A stretch of DNA of 45,155 nt. It comes from an uncultured Luminiphilus sp. Its GTDB lineage: Bacteria; Pseudomonadota; Gammaproteobacteria; Pseudomonadales; Halieaceae. The DNA lies in contig CALKHC010000111.1 of the NCBI GenBank assembly GCA_938091425.1, forward strand, positions 1 through 45,155, written 5' to 3'. Under the pieces are notes generated by a model that saw nothing but the letters and a program-made list of their open reading frames with translations, made no database searches and had not been told where the DNA came from. Position numbers and translations under genes: made by a program. Of the stretch, positions 30,115-39,306 are shown one piece after another (positions within the stretch are counted from its first letter, which is position 1; every line of letters begins with the position of its first letter).

Positions 30115-31277
30115 ATCGTAGCGCCGCCCTCGCAAGCTACCGGGGGGACCCCATGTTGCTGATGCTCGGCGCCGCGCTGTTGAGTATCGGTCTGATCGCC
30201 ATCGCCTCGGCATCGATTGAGTACAGCGATTTTCATTTTAACAACCCCTGGCATCACACCGAGCGACATGCCCTGTATTTGCTTGCCGGCCTTACGGCGG
30301 GAGGATTGGCGTACATGCTGCCGGCTGAGACGCTACAGCGGCTGTCCCCGTGGATGCTGTTCTTCGCATTTGCCTTGTTGATCTTGGTATTGATGCCCGG
30401 CATTGGCCGCGAGGTAAACGGTGCGCAACGCTGGCTCCCTTTGGGTCTGATCACGGTACAGCCCTCAGAGATTGCCAAACTGGCGCTGCTGCTCTACGCG
30501 GCTGGATACCTTGTCAGGCAGGAAGAGGCGGTGCGGCACCATTGGGGCGGACTCGCCCGATTGATTGGAATCCTCGCTGTTGTGGCACTGCTGCTCCTGT
30601 TGGAGCCGGATTTTGGTGCCACTGTTATCGTCATTGGCATGGTCGTGGGCATGATGTTTTTGGCCGGTGCCAGGCTGTTGTACGTGCTCGCTATGTTGAT
30701 AGCTGTTGCTGTCGTATTCGCCGGTTTGATTCTCAGCGCACCCTACCGTTTGCAACGTCTGACCGCTTATCAGGACCCGTGGGCAGATCCTTTCGGCTCA
30801 GGCTTTCAATTAATCCAGTCACTGATCGCGTTTGGTCAGGGCGAGTGGTTGGGCGTCGGCTTGGGCAACAGCGTGCAGAAGTTGTTCTACCTGCCCGAGG
30901 CCCACACGGACTTTGTTTTCTCCATTTGGGCAGAGGAGACCGGTTTGATCGGCGCGACCACATTGATCGTGCTGTTTGCATTGCTGATCGCCCGGGTGTT
31001 GCAGACTGGTTGGGCTGCCGCGACCGGCGGTAAACACTTCGAAGCCTATGTCTGTTTCGGCACCGCGCTCATGTTCGCGGGACAGGTTTTCGTCAACATG
31101 GGTGCTAGCTCAGGCCTGCTTCCCACCAAAGGGTTAACGCTGCCCTTTGTCAGCTACGGTGGTTCAAGCCTGATCGTCAGTTGCGTGCTACTGGGTATCG
31201 TATTGCGCGTTGCGCAGCAGTTGCGGGATAAATCTGAAGGTCCTGACACCCCCCAACCAGGGAGGGCGTCTGTATGA
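30111..31277 (+). CDS. ftsW: Peptidoglycan glycosyltransferase FtsW (SEDS)
   Basis: NGAQRW, QPSEIAK, EPDFG, YLPEAHTDF, PTKGLTLPFVSYGGSS. Confidence 0.97.
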   Translation: MNRSAALASYRGDPMLLMLGAALLSIGLIAIASASIEYSDFHFNNPWHHTERHALYLLAGLTAGGLAYMLPAETLQRLSPWMLFFAFALLILVLMPGIGREVNGAQRWLPLGLITVQPSEIAKLALLLYAAGYLVRQEEAVRHHWGGLARLIGILAVVALLLLLEPDFGATVIVIGMVVGMMFLAGARLLYVLAMLIAVAVVFAGLILSAPYRLQRLTAYQDPWADPFGSGFQLIQSLIAFGQGEWLGVGLGNSVQKLFYLPEAHTDFVFSIWAEETGLIGATTLIVLFALLIARVLQTGWAAATGGKHFEAYVCFGTALMFAGQVFVNMGASSGLLPTKGLTLPFVSYGGSSLIVSCVLLGIVLRVAQQLRDKSEGPDTPQPGRASV

Positions 31278-32398
31278 GCGCCTTACCCTCAATGTCAGGG
31301 CGTGCTCTCATTGCTGCGGGGGGGACAGGTGGGCACGTCTATCCAGCACTGGCCGTGGCTGGACTCTTGACCGAGCAGGGCTGGTCGGTGGACTGGGTCG
31401 GCACAGAGCGCGGTATTGAGCAACGCTTGGTCCCTGCCGCCGGATTGCCCCTGCATTACCTCAGCGTCTCCGGATTACGCGGCAAGAATTGGTTGGCGCG
31501 AGTGCAGGGCGTGCTGCGCCTGACCGCGGCGCTTTGGCAGTCGCTCTCACTCATGTGGCGTGTAAAACCTGACGTGGTGCTCGGCATGGGTGGCTATGCC
31601 GCCGGACCTGCGGGACTCGCCGCGTGGCTAACACGACGACCACTGGTGATCCACGAACAGAATTCGGTGGCCGGTACGACCAATCGTTGGCTGGCGCCGC
31701 TCGCGCGCCGGGTGCTGTGTGGGTTGCCAGGCGGATTTGCCGCGGACCGGAACGCAGAAGTGGTCGGCAATCCAGTCCGCCAGGCGCTGACACCGGTTAA
31801 TCGAGGCGAGCTCAGCCAGTTGTCGGCGTTTTCCACAGAGCGCCCACTCAGAGTGTTGTTGTTGGGAGGCAGCCTCGGCGCCGCACCGTTGAACGCATTA
31901 CTGCCTGCCGTGACAAACCTGTTGATGAGCCAGGGGCTGGGTCAGTCTCTCTCACTATGGCAGCAATGTGGGGAGCGCAATCGCGTCGAGGCCGATGCGG
32001 CATGGAAAGGTAGCCCATTCGCCGACAGACGCTGCGACGACTTTATTGATGATATGTCGGCGGCTTACGCCTGGGCGGATGTCGTCATTGCGCGAGCCGG
32101 CGCGTTGACGGTGTCGGAACTCTCAGCAACTGGCACTGCTTCAATATTGATCCCGCTGCCGCATGCGATTGACGATCATCAGACCCAGAACGCGCGGGTT
32201 TTGGCGAATGTGGGTGCGGCGGTGCTGCTACCTCAGTCAGAAGCTACACCCGAGCGCCTTGCCGGCTTGCTAACCGATTGGATTGCCTCGCCGTCGTCGT
32301 TGGCCCAATTGTCGAATGCGACAAGCGAGCTTGCTGCGCCCAACGCCACTCATCGCGTTGTTGAGGTGCTCAGGGGGGTGGCGCATGCAAATGGTTGA
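31274..32398 (+). CDS. murG: Lipid II GlcNAc transferase
   Basis: GGTGGHVYP, GGYAAGP, HEQN, GNPVR, GGSLGA, RAGALTVSE, DDHQTQNA. Confidence 0.98.
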   Translation: MSALPSMSGRALIAAGGTGGHVYPALAVAGLLTEQGWSVDWVGTERGIEQRLVPAAGLPLHYLSVSGLRGKNWLARVQGVLRLTAALWQSLSLMWRVKPDVVLGMGGYAAGPAGLAAWLTRRPLVIHEQNSVAGTTNRWLAPLARRVLCGLPGGFAADRNAEVVGNPVRQALTPVNRGELSQLSAFSTERPLRVLLLGGSLGAAPLNALLPAVTNLLMSQGLGQSLSLWQQCGERNRVEADAAWKGSPFADRRCDDFIDDMSAAYAWADVVIARAGALTVSELSATGTASILIPLPHAIDDHQTQNARVLANVGAAVLLPQSEATPERLAGLLTDWIASPSSLAQLSNATSELAAPNATHRVVEVLRGVAHANG

Positions 32399-33821
32399 GC
32401 GGCGACCCGTCATGGCGGGCATGGGCCGTATTCGTCACATCTTTATGGTGGGGATTGGCGGCGCCGGAATGAGTGGTATTGCCGAGGTACTCGCCGGGCT
32501 GGGCTACACGGTGACAGGCTCCGACCGTGCGGAGAGCTCAGTAGTAACAAGACTGCGTTCTCTGGGCATTACCGTGCATATCGGTCACGAGGCTGAGCAC
32601 ATAGCAGACGCTGACGTACTCGTGGTGTCTGCCGCGATACCCGAAGACAACCCCGAGCAAGAGGCGGCGCGGCAGCAGCGCATTCCCGTTGTGCCGCGCG
32701 CGGAGATGCTGGCAGAACTCATGCGTTACCGGTTCGGCATCGCCGTCGCAGGAACCCACGGCAAGACCACTACCACCAGCCTTATCGCGGCCATCCTAGG
32801 TGAGGCGGGCGAGGATCCGACTTTCGTGATCGGTGGTTTGCTCAATCAAGCGGGCGCCAATGCAGCGCTGGGAGAGGGTCAGTATCTGGTGGTTGAAGCG
32901 GACGAGAGCGATGCGTCTTTTCTGCATCTGCAACCCATGATGGCGCTGGTCACCAATATTGAAGCTGACCATATGGAGCATTACGAGGGGGACCTCGCCC
33001 GCTATAGTCAGGCTTTCAATGGCTTCCTGCACAACCTGCCCTTCTATGGGCCAGCTGTCATGTGTCTAGATGACAAAGGAGTGCGAGGCCTGATCCCGGA
33101 AGTGTCCCGACAGGTGGTGACCTATGGCCGCCACGCTGAAGCGGATTACCGACTGGATAACTATCGCAGCGAAGGACTGTGCAGTCATTTTGAACTGATC
33201 CGCCCAAACGAAGCCCCGCCATTGGCACTGACCGTCAGAATGCCAGGGCTCCACAACGCCCAGAATGCGGCGGGTGCCGCCGCCCTCTGTGCAGAACTCG
33301 GTATTTCAGACTACGCCATTGTCAAAGGATTGGCTGAATTTGGGGGCGTCGGCAGACGCTTCTCGGATTTGGGAAATGTGCGCTGGTCTGCGGGTAGCGC
33401 GAGGCTGATAGACGATTACGGGCATCACCCCACTGAGGTCGCTGTCACCTTGCAAGCCGCCCGCGACGCGTTTCACGACCAGCGAGTGGTGATGGTGTAT
33501 CAACCCCATCGTTTCACGCGCACGCGAGATCATTTTGATGAGTTTGTATCGGTGCTGGGTGAGGCGCAGGTTTTGATCTTGCTCGATGTTTACCCCGCCG
33601 GCGAGTCGACCATTGAGGGCGCCGACGCGCAGTCACTGGCCAGAGCGATTCGTGCCAGAGGCGTGCTGGAGCCAGTGGTGGTCTCCGATCAGCGACAGCT
33701 GCCAGCCGTTTTGGCTGGGCTGTTGTGTGACGGGGACATCTTGTTGATGCAGGGGGCCGGTGATATCGGTCGACTTTCTGCTGCATTGGCCGACAGTGAT
33801 TCGCTGGAGGTGTTGCGATGA
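32391..33821 (+). CDS. murC: UDP-MurNAc:L-Ala ligase
   Basis: GIGGAGMSG, GTHGKTTTT, EADESD, DDYGHHPTE, QPHR; start uncertain (32385-32421). Confidence 0.97.
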   Translation: MVERRPVMAGMGRIRHIFMVGIGGAGMSGIAEVLAGLGYTVTGSDRAESSVVTRLRSLGITVHIGHEAEHIADADVLVVSAAIPEDNPEQEAARQQRIPVVPRAEMLAELMRYRFGIAVAGTHGKTTTTSLIAAILGEAGEDPTFVIGGLLNQAGANAALGEGQYLVVEADESDASFLHLQPMMALVTNIEADHMEHYEGDLARYSQAFNGFLHNLPFYGPAVMCLDDKGVRGLIPEVSRQVVTYGRHAEADYRLDNYRSEGLCSHFELIRPNEAPPLALTVRMPGLHNAQNAAGAAALCAELGISDYAIVKGLAEFGGVGRRFSDLGNVRWSAGSARLIDDYGHHPTEVAVTLQAARDAFHDQRVVMVYQPHRFTRTRDHFDEFVSVLGEAQVLILLDVYPAGESTIEGADAQSLARAIRARGVLEPVVVSDQRQLPAVLAGLLCDGDILLMQGAGDIGRLSAALADSDSLEVLR

Positions 33822-34750
33822 CGGTCAATCCGTTCAGCGGAAAGACATTGGCAGTCATGCTGGGTGGTACCGCCGCCGAGCGCAGTATCTCACTTGAGAG
33901 TGGCGAGAACGTCGCGTGCGCGCTGGAGCAGGCTGGTGCGCAGGTGCTGCGAGTGGATACGGCGGAGGAGGGCTGGCCGGAGCGACTCAAGGAAGCATCG
34001 TTTGCCTTTAATTTGTTGCACGGCCCGGGTGGTGAAGATGGCACGGTGCAGGGGTTGTTCGAGCTCATGAAGCTACCCTATAGCGGGTGCGACCTCATGG
34101 CGTCTGCGCTGACCATGGACAAGGTCCGTACCAAGTGGCTTTGGCAGGGTCTCGGTCTGCCAACACCGGCCTTTCAGCAATTGACGCCAGAGACAAATTG
34201 GCAGGCAGTGATTGAGGCATTGGGCACGGTTTTTGTGAAACCGGCGCTAGAGGGTTCATCCCTTGGTATGAGCAAGGCTGGAAATGCTGCAGAGCTTGAA
34301 GCCGCCTACCGTCACGCCAGCACCTTCGGTAGCGAAGTGATCGCCGAGCAATTCGTTTCCGGGCCGGAATACACCGTCGCGATACTCGGCGACAGGGCGT
34401 TGCCCAGCATCCGCATTGACGTGCCCGGGGATTTTTACGATTTCGACGCCAAATATCACTCCGAAGAAACGCGATTTACCTGTCCGTCGGACTTAACCAC
34501 CGAGGAGGAGGCCGCGCTGTCTGAACTGGCGCTAGCAGCTTTTGCAGCGGTCGGTGGTGACGTGTGGGGCCGGGTCGATGTCATGCGCGAGGCCGGAGGG
34601 GCCTGGCAACTGCTGGAGGTCAATACCGTTCCCGGAATGACCTCCCACAGCCTCGTTCCCCTCGCCGCCAAGGTGGCAGGGCTGAGCCTGCTTGATTTGC
34701 TCACTGAAATTTATGAACACAGCCTGGAGGTGCGCCATGCCAACCAATGA
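33818..34750 (+). CDS. ddl: D-alanine--D-alanine ligase
   Basis: GGTAAERSISLESG, LHGPGGEDG, KPALEGSSLG, YDFDAKY, LEVNTVPGMT. Confidence 0.97.
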   Translation: MTVNPFSGKTLAVMLGGTAAERSISLESGENVACALEQAGAQVLRVDTAEEGWPERLKEASFAFNLLHGPGGEDGTVQGLFELMKLPYSGCDLMASALTMDKVRTKWLWQGLGLPTPAFQQLTPETNWQAVIEALGTVFVKPALEGSSLGMSKAGNAAELEAAYRHASTFGSEVIAEQFVSGPEYTVAILGDRALPSIRIDVPGDFYDFDAKYHSEETRFTCPSDLTTEEEAALSELALAAFAAVGGDVWGRVDVMREAGGAWQLLEVNTVPGMTSHSLVPLAAKVAGLSLLDLLTEIYEHSLEVRHANQ

Positions 34751-35543
34751 CGCCAGGTTACCGCGGCGCGCTACACGAAAAGCGACAGCAGATCAGGTGA
34801 CTATCGCACCCCTCTCGCGACTGAGGCGCTGGGTGAATCGCGGCCTGCTGGTGATGGGTGTTGCCCTGGTGAGCGCCGGTCTTTACCAAGGGGGCTCGCA
34901 CCTCAGTGCTCAGCAGGTAGAGCGACTAACGGTCATGGGTGACGTGCAACATATCGACGTCGAGGCGATCCAGTCGAGGTTGGCACCTCGCATTGCGGCG
35001 GGCTTTCTGGCGACCGACCTCACCGATCTCCGATATGAACTCGAATCACTCCCCTGGGTTTATCGGGTCAACACCCGAAGACGCTGGCCTGCTGAAATTG
35101 AAGTGACCCTAACGGAGCAGAGGCCGCTCGCCCGATGGGGAGAAGGTGGATATCTCAATCATGAAGGCGAGTATTTTGCGGCGACTCCAGACCCGCTCTA
35201 CACAGACCTTCCTCTGCTCAGCGGTCCTGATGGTGCCGAGGTGTCCCTGATGCGGCGGTATCAAACTCTGGCAGGGCTGCTTGAGCCCACAGGGTTGCAG
35301 ATCAGCGAGCTATCACTCGACCCACTGGGGCAAGTGGCGGTCCAGTTTGACAGCGGTCTGTCGCTTTTACTGGGAGCACAAGACATTTCCCATCGGGTGA
35401 CGCGCTTCAAGCGGCTCTGGGAAGAGGAGCTGCCTGCGCAGGCAGTGGCAAAAGTGGATCTGCGTTACGAGTACGGCGCTGCCGTGACATTCAGCGATGC
35501 CGAGCTGGCGATGCAAGGCGAGCAGAACAGGGGGGAAGGGTAA
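34737..35543 (+). CDS. ftsQ: Cell division protein FtsQ
   Basis: Basic N-tail, TM, POTRA (LPWV...RRWP), C-terminal DLRY. Confidence 0.93.
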   Translation: MPTNDARLPRRATRKATADQVTIAPLSRLRRWVNRGLLVMGVALVSAGLYQGGSHLSAQQVERLTVMGDVQHIDVEAIQSRLAPRIAAGFLATDLTDLRYELESLPWVYRVNTRRRWPAEIEVTLTEQRPLARWGEGGYLNHEGEYFAATPDPLYTDLPLLSGPDGAEVSLMRRYQTLAGLLEPTGLQISELSLDPLGQVAVQFDSGLSLLLGAQDISHRVTRFKRLWEEELPAQAVAKVDLRYEYGAAVTFSDAELAMQGEQNRGEG

Positions 35544-36781
35544 TGGCCCATCAAGAGAGTAAGCAGATGATTGTCGGACTGGATATCGGCACCTCCAAGG
35601 TCGTTGCCGTTGTTGGCGAAATCGATCCGGATGGGGGTCTGGAGGTCGTGGGTATCGGCTCTCACCCGTCACGAGGTATGAAGAAGGGTGTCGTGGTCAA
35701 CATCGAATCTACGGTTAATGCGATACAGCGCGCGGTAGAGGAAGCCGAACTCATGGCGGGCTGTCAGATTCACTCTGTATACGTGGGCATTGCCGGAAGC
35801 CACATCCGCTCGGTGAATTCTCACGGCATTGTTGCGATTCGCGATCAAGAAGTATTTGACCAAGACATTGACCGGGTCATTGATGCCGCACAAGCCGTCG
35901 CTATCCCGGCCGATCAGAAAGTCTTGCACGTTCTCCCACAGGAGTACGTGATCGACAACCAGTCTGGCATTAGAGAGCCGCTGGGCATGTCTGGGGTGCG
36001 CCTTGAGGCCAAAGTGCACCTCGTTACCTGCGCCGTGAACGCGGCGCAAAATATCGAAAAGTGTATTGAGCGATGCGGGCTGTCTGTCGACGGCATCATT
36101 TTGGAGCAGCTCGCGTCTAGCTACTCGGTGATTACGGAGGACGAGCGGGATCTGGGCGTTTGCCTGGTTGATATTGGCGGCGGCACCTCCGATATCGCGA
36201 TCTTCACAGACGGTTCCATCCGTCATACCGGGGTCATTCCAATTGCCGGCGATCAGGTGACCAACGACATTGCCATGGCGCTGCGCACACCGACGCAGCA
36301 CGCAGAAGAGATCAAAATCCGTTACGCCTGTGCGTTGACACAGCTGGCAGGTCCTGACGAGACGATCAAGGTGCCCAGCGTTGGCGATCGACCGCCAAGA
36401 GACCTGTCTCGACAATCCCTCGCGGAAGTGGTGGAGCCGCGCTATGACGAACTGTTCACACTGATCCAATCGGAGCTGAGACGCTCCGGTTACGAAGAAT
36501 TGATACCCGCCGGTGTCGTCCTCACCGGTGGCACCTCCAAGATGGAGGGAGCGGTGGACCTTGCTGAAGAGATCTTCCACATGCCGGTCAGGGTGGGGGC
36601 ACCGCAATACGCCCGGGGCCTGCACGACATTATTCGTAACCCAATTTATGCCACGGCCGTGGGCTTGCTCATTTATGGCGCACAAGAGACCCGGGATGGT
36701 GCTCGGGTGCGGCGGGAAGCGGAGTCAGAAAGCATCAGTTTTGCGGGTCGTGTGAAAGGGTGGTTTGCGCGGCATTTTTAA
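35543..36781 (+). CDS. ftsA: Cell division protein FtsA
   Basis: GLDIGTSKV, DIGGGT, VLTGG, C-terminal amphipathic WFARHF. Confidence 0.98.
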   Translation: MAHQESKQMIVGLDIGTSKVVAVVGEIDPDGGLEVVGIGSHPSRGMKKGVVVNIESTVNAIQRAVEEAELMAGCQIHSVYVGIAGSHIRSVNSHGIVAIRDQEVFDQDIDRVIDAAQAVAIPADQKVLHVLPQEYVIDNQSGIREPLGMSGVRLEAKVHLVTCAVNAAQNIEKCIERCGLSVDGIILEQLASSYSVITEDERDLGVCLVDIGGGTSDIAIFTDGSIRHTGVIPIAGDQVTNDIAMALRTPTQHAEEIKIRYACALTQLAGPDETIKVPSVGDRPPRDLSRQSLAEVVEPRYDELFTLIQSELRRSGYEELIPAGVVLTGGTSKMEGAVDLAEEIFHMPVRVGAPQYARGLHDIIRNPIYATAVGLLIYGAQETRDGARVRREAESESISFAGRVKGWFARHF

Positions 36782-36847
36782 TTTTCAGGACAACGATTTT
36801 GGCAGAGCTCTGCGGTTGAGAGCTTTTTTAAAAAAGGGGAGAAAGTG

Positions 36848-38014
36848 ATGTTTGAACTAGTAGACAGTGCACCACAAAGTGCCGTGATCAAAGTGATCGG
36901 TGTGGGCGGCGGCGGCGGTAACGCCGTTCGCCACATGATTGATCATCAGGTCGACGGTGTGGATTTTATTTGCGCCAATACTGATGCGCAGGCCCTCTCG
37001 GATATCAGTTCGAAAACGGTTCTGCAGTTGGGCTCAGGCATCACGAAAGGCCTGGGAGCCGGTGCGAACCCCGAAGTGGGTCGCGCGGCGGCGCTCGAAG
37101 ATCGTGATCGTATCGCCGACGCCTTGCATGGAGCGGATATGGTTTTCGTGACGGCGGGCATGGGCGGCGGTACGGGCACGGGAGCTGCGCCCATCGTCGC
37201 AGAGGTGGCAAGGGAACTCGGTATTCTGACTGTCGCGGTGGTCACCCGACCGTTCAGTTTCGAGGGCAAAAAGCGCCTCAATGTAGCGGAGGAGGGGCTT
37301 ACGGAGATCGCGCAGCACTGCGATTCTCTGATCACGATTCCCAACGAGAAGCTGCTGGAGGTGCTGGGCTCCAACACCACATTGCTCGATGCCTTTAAAG
37401 AAGCCAACGACGTCTTGTTGGGTGCAGTGCAGGGCATCGCCGATCTGATCATTCGGCCGGGCCTGGTCAATGTTGACTTTGCCGACGTTCGTACCGTGAT
37501 GTCAGAAATGGGATCCGCGATGATGGGTACGGGTAGTGCGAGCGGTGAAAACCGCGCCAGGGAAGCCGCCGAGCGCGCGATTAACAGTCCGCTGCTGGAT
37601 GACATTGATCTTAGCGGTGCGCGCGGCATCTTGGTGAACATTACTGCCGGTCTGGATCTCTCTCTCGGTGAGTTCTCCGAGGTGGGCGCGACGATAGAGG
37701 ATATCGCCTCTGAAGACGCCACTGTGGTTATCGGTACGGTGATCGACCCGGAGATGACTGACAGTCTTAAGGTGACAGTGGTGGCCACAGGACTTCGCAA
37801 TGCCGATGCGCGTCCGAACCTGACGACCGTGGAGCCTACGGTGGCGGCGCGCCCCGCGACCTCTGGTGCTGACTATCAGGATTACGACTTACCCCCTGGA
37901 AAGCGCCGTCAGGCCGCGGCTACAGTGGATGGGCAAGCGGCCATCAAAATAGACGAGGATCTTGATGAGCAGCTATTCGATGTTCCGGCCTTTTTGCGTC
38001 GTCAGGCCGACTGA
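36848..38014 (+). CDS. ftsZ: Cell division protein FtsZ
   Basis: GVGGGGGNAV, GMGGGTGTG, NVDFAD, C-terminal DVPAFLRRQAD. Confidence 0.99.
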   Translation: MFELVDSAPQSAVIKVIGVGGGGGNAVRHMIDHQVDGVDFICANTDAQALSDISSKTVLQLGSGITKGLGAGANPEVGRAAALEDRDRIADALHGADMVFVTAGMGGGTGTGAAPIVAEVARELGILTVAVVTRPFSFEGKKRLNVAEEGLTEIAQHCDSLITIPNEKLLEVLGSNTTLLDAFKEANDVLLGAVQGIADLIIRPGLVNVDFADVRTVMSEMGSAMMGTGSASGENRAREAAERAINSPLLDDIDLSGARGILVNITAGLDLSLGEFSEVGATIEDIASEDATVVIGTVIDPEMTDSLKVTVVATGLRNADARPNLTTVEPTVAARPATSGADYQDYDLPPGKRRQAAATVDGQAAIKIDEDLDEQLFDVPAFLRRQAD

Positions 38015-38033
38015 TAGGCTGTCCCATTGAGAC

Positions 38034-38153
38034 GGTGCAAAGCGCCGATTGGCGCGAGGTGCAAAGCGCCGATTGGTGCGAGGTGCAAAGCGCTGATTGG
38101 CGCAAGGTGTAAAGCGCCGATTGACGCGAGGTGTAAAGCGCCGATTGGCGTAA
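38034..38153. repeat. Tandem repeat, 5 x 24 bp, consensus GGTGYAAAGCGCCGATTGGCGCGA, each unit with an internal inverted repeat
   Basis: Units start at 38034, 38058, 38082, 38106, 38130; each holds GCGCC-GATT-GGCGC or a one-base variant. Confidence 0.97.
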
Positions 38154-38225
38154 ATAGTCGGATCGGGAGTGCTGGATTGCGCTAGCCGGGCCTAGTAATG
38201 TCCCAACTGATCAGAGGGGATAACT

Positions 38226-39143
38226 ATGCTGCGGCAACGCACCCTGCGGGAGTCGATCAAATCGACCGGCGTGGGGCTTCACTCCGGTAACAAGGTGGGC
38301 ATGATGCTCTGTCCGGCGCCAGCGGACACCGGCATCGTGTTTCGTCGCACCGACCTGAGTCCGGTCCGGGACATCCCCGCCCGGGCGGACTGGGTCGATG
38401 AGACAGATCTCTCCACTAGCTTGGGATCAGGCGAGGCCAGAGTCACCACCGTAGAGCATCTGCTGTCGGCGCTCTGCGGCTTGGGTATTGATAACGCCTA
38501 CATCGATATGGACTCTGCGGAAGTGCCGATCATGGATGGGTCTGCAGGGCCTTTTGTTTACCTGTTGCAATCAGCCGGCATCGAAGAACAGCAACAAGCC
38601 AAGCGCCTTATTAAGGTCACGGAGGCCATCTCCGTCAGCGACGGCGATAAAACCGCAACGCTCAAACCTTATGATGGCTTCAGAGTGACCTTTGCCATCG
38701 ATTTTGATCATCCCGTGTTCCGGGAGCAGTCTGGCAGTGCCACGCTGGACATCAGTAGCGAGGCGTTTGTGCGTGAAATTAGTCGAGCGAGAACCTTTGG
38801 TTTTGTTCATGAGTTTGAGTACATGCGATCGCGCGGGTTGGCCCGGGGCGGTAGCGTGGATAATGCGATCGTTATTGATGACTATCGCATCCTCAATGAT
38901 GGCGGCTTGCGCTACGACGACGAGTTTGTGAAGCACAAGATGCTGGATGCCATAGGTGATCTGTATCTTGCCGGGCATCAACTCCTCGCTGAATACGAGG
39001 GCATCAAGTCGGGGCATGCGCTCAACAATCGCTTAGTGCGAGCCCTATTTGATAATCCGCATAGCTGGGAATGGGTGACCTTTGAAGACGAGGCCGATGC
39101 GCCTCTGGACTGGGCCCTCCCGCAGGATCTGCAACTGGCCTGA
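38226..39143 (+). CDS. lpxC: UDP-3-O-acyl-GlcNAc deacetylase
   Basis: [49 protein letters not shown]. Confidence 0.98.
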   Translation: MLRQRTLRESIKSTGVGLHSGNKVGMMLCPAPADTGIVFRRTDLSPVRDIPARADWVDETDLSTSLGSGEARVTTVEHLLSALCGLGIDNAYIDMDSAEVPIMDGSAGPFVYLLQSAGIEEQQQAKRLIKVTEAISVSDGDKTATLKPYDGFRVTFAIDFDHPVFREQSGSATLDISSEAFVREISRARTFGFVHEFEYMRSRGLARGGSVDNAIVIDDYRILNDGGLRYDDEFVKHKMLDAIGDLYLAGHQLLAEYEGIKSGHALNNRLVRALFDNPHSWEWVTFEDEADAPLDWALPQDLQLA

Positions 39144-39306
39144 GCCGCAAGCCGTAGTGAGCTGTGGTGCCCCGTCTCGCTGCGATTAGACCTGTTTGTG
39201 CGTTGCCCTAAAAGATGTGTAAAAGGTCTTTTCGGTGCCGGACTTTGGTTCCCCTGATCCCTCGAAAATGGCATCATTCGCCCCCTGACCAAAGCGATCA
39301 TCCAAC

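Noticed and set aside
33800-33830. Absence of murB between murC and ddl
   Set aside because: murB lies outside the dcw cluster in many gammaproteobacteria, so this is ordinary
35669-37800. Long antisense ORFs (338 aa and 284 aa) opposite ftsA and ftsZ, and similar ones opposite secA, mraY, murF and kdsD
   Set aside because: Shadow frames expected from codon bias in GC-rich conserved genes; no recognisable motifs
38034-38153. CRISPR array interpretation of the palindromic repeat
   Set aside because: Units are directly adjacent with a near-constant 10-nt linker; no unique spacers and no cas genes in the window
38012-38185. Stop-codon readthrough extending FtsZ into the repeat
   Set aside because: Two consecutive stops (TGA TAG), and FtsZ already ends with its conserved C-terminal peptide
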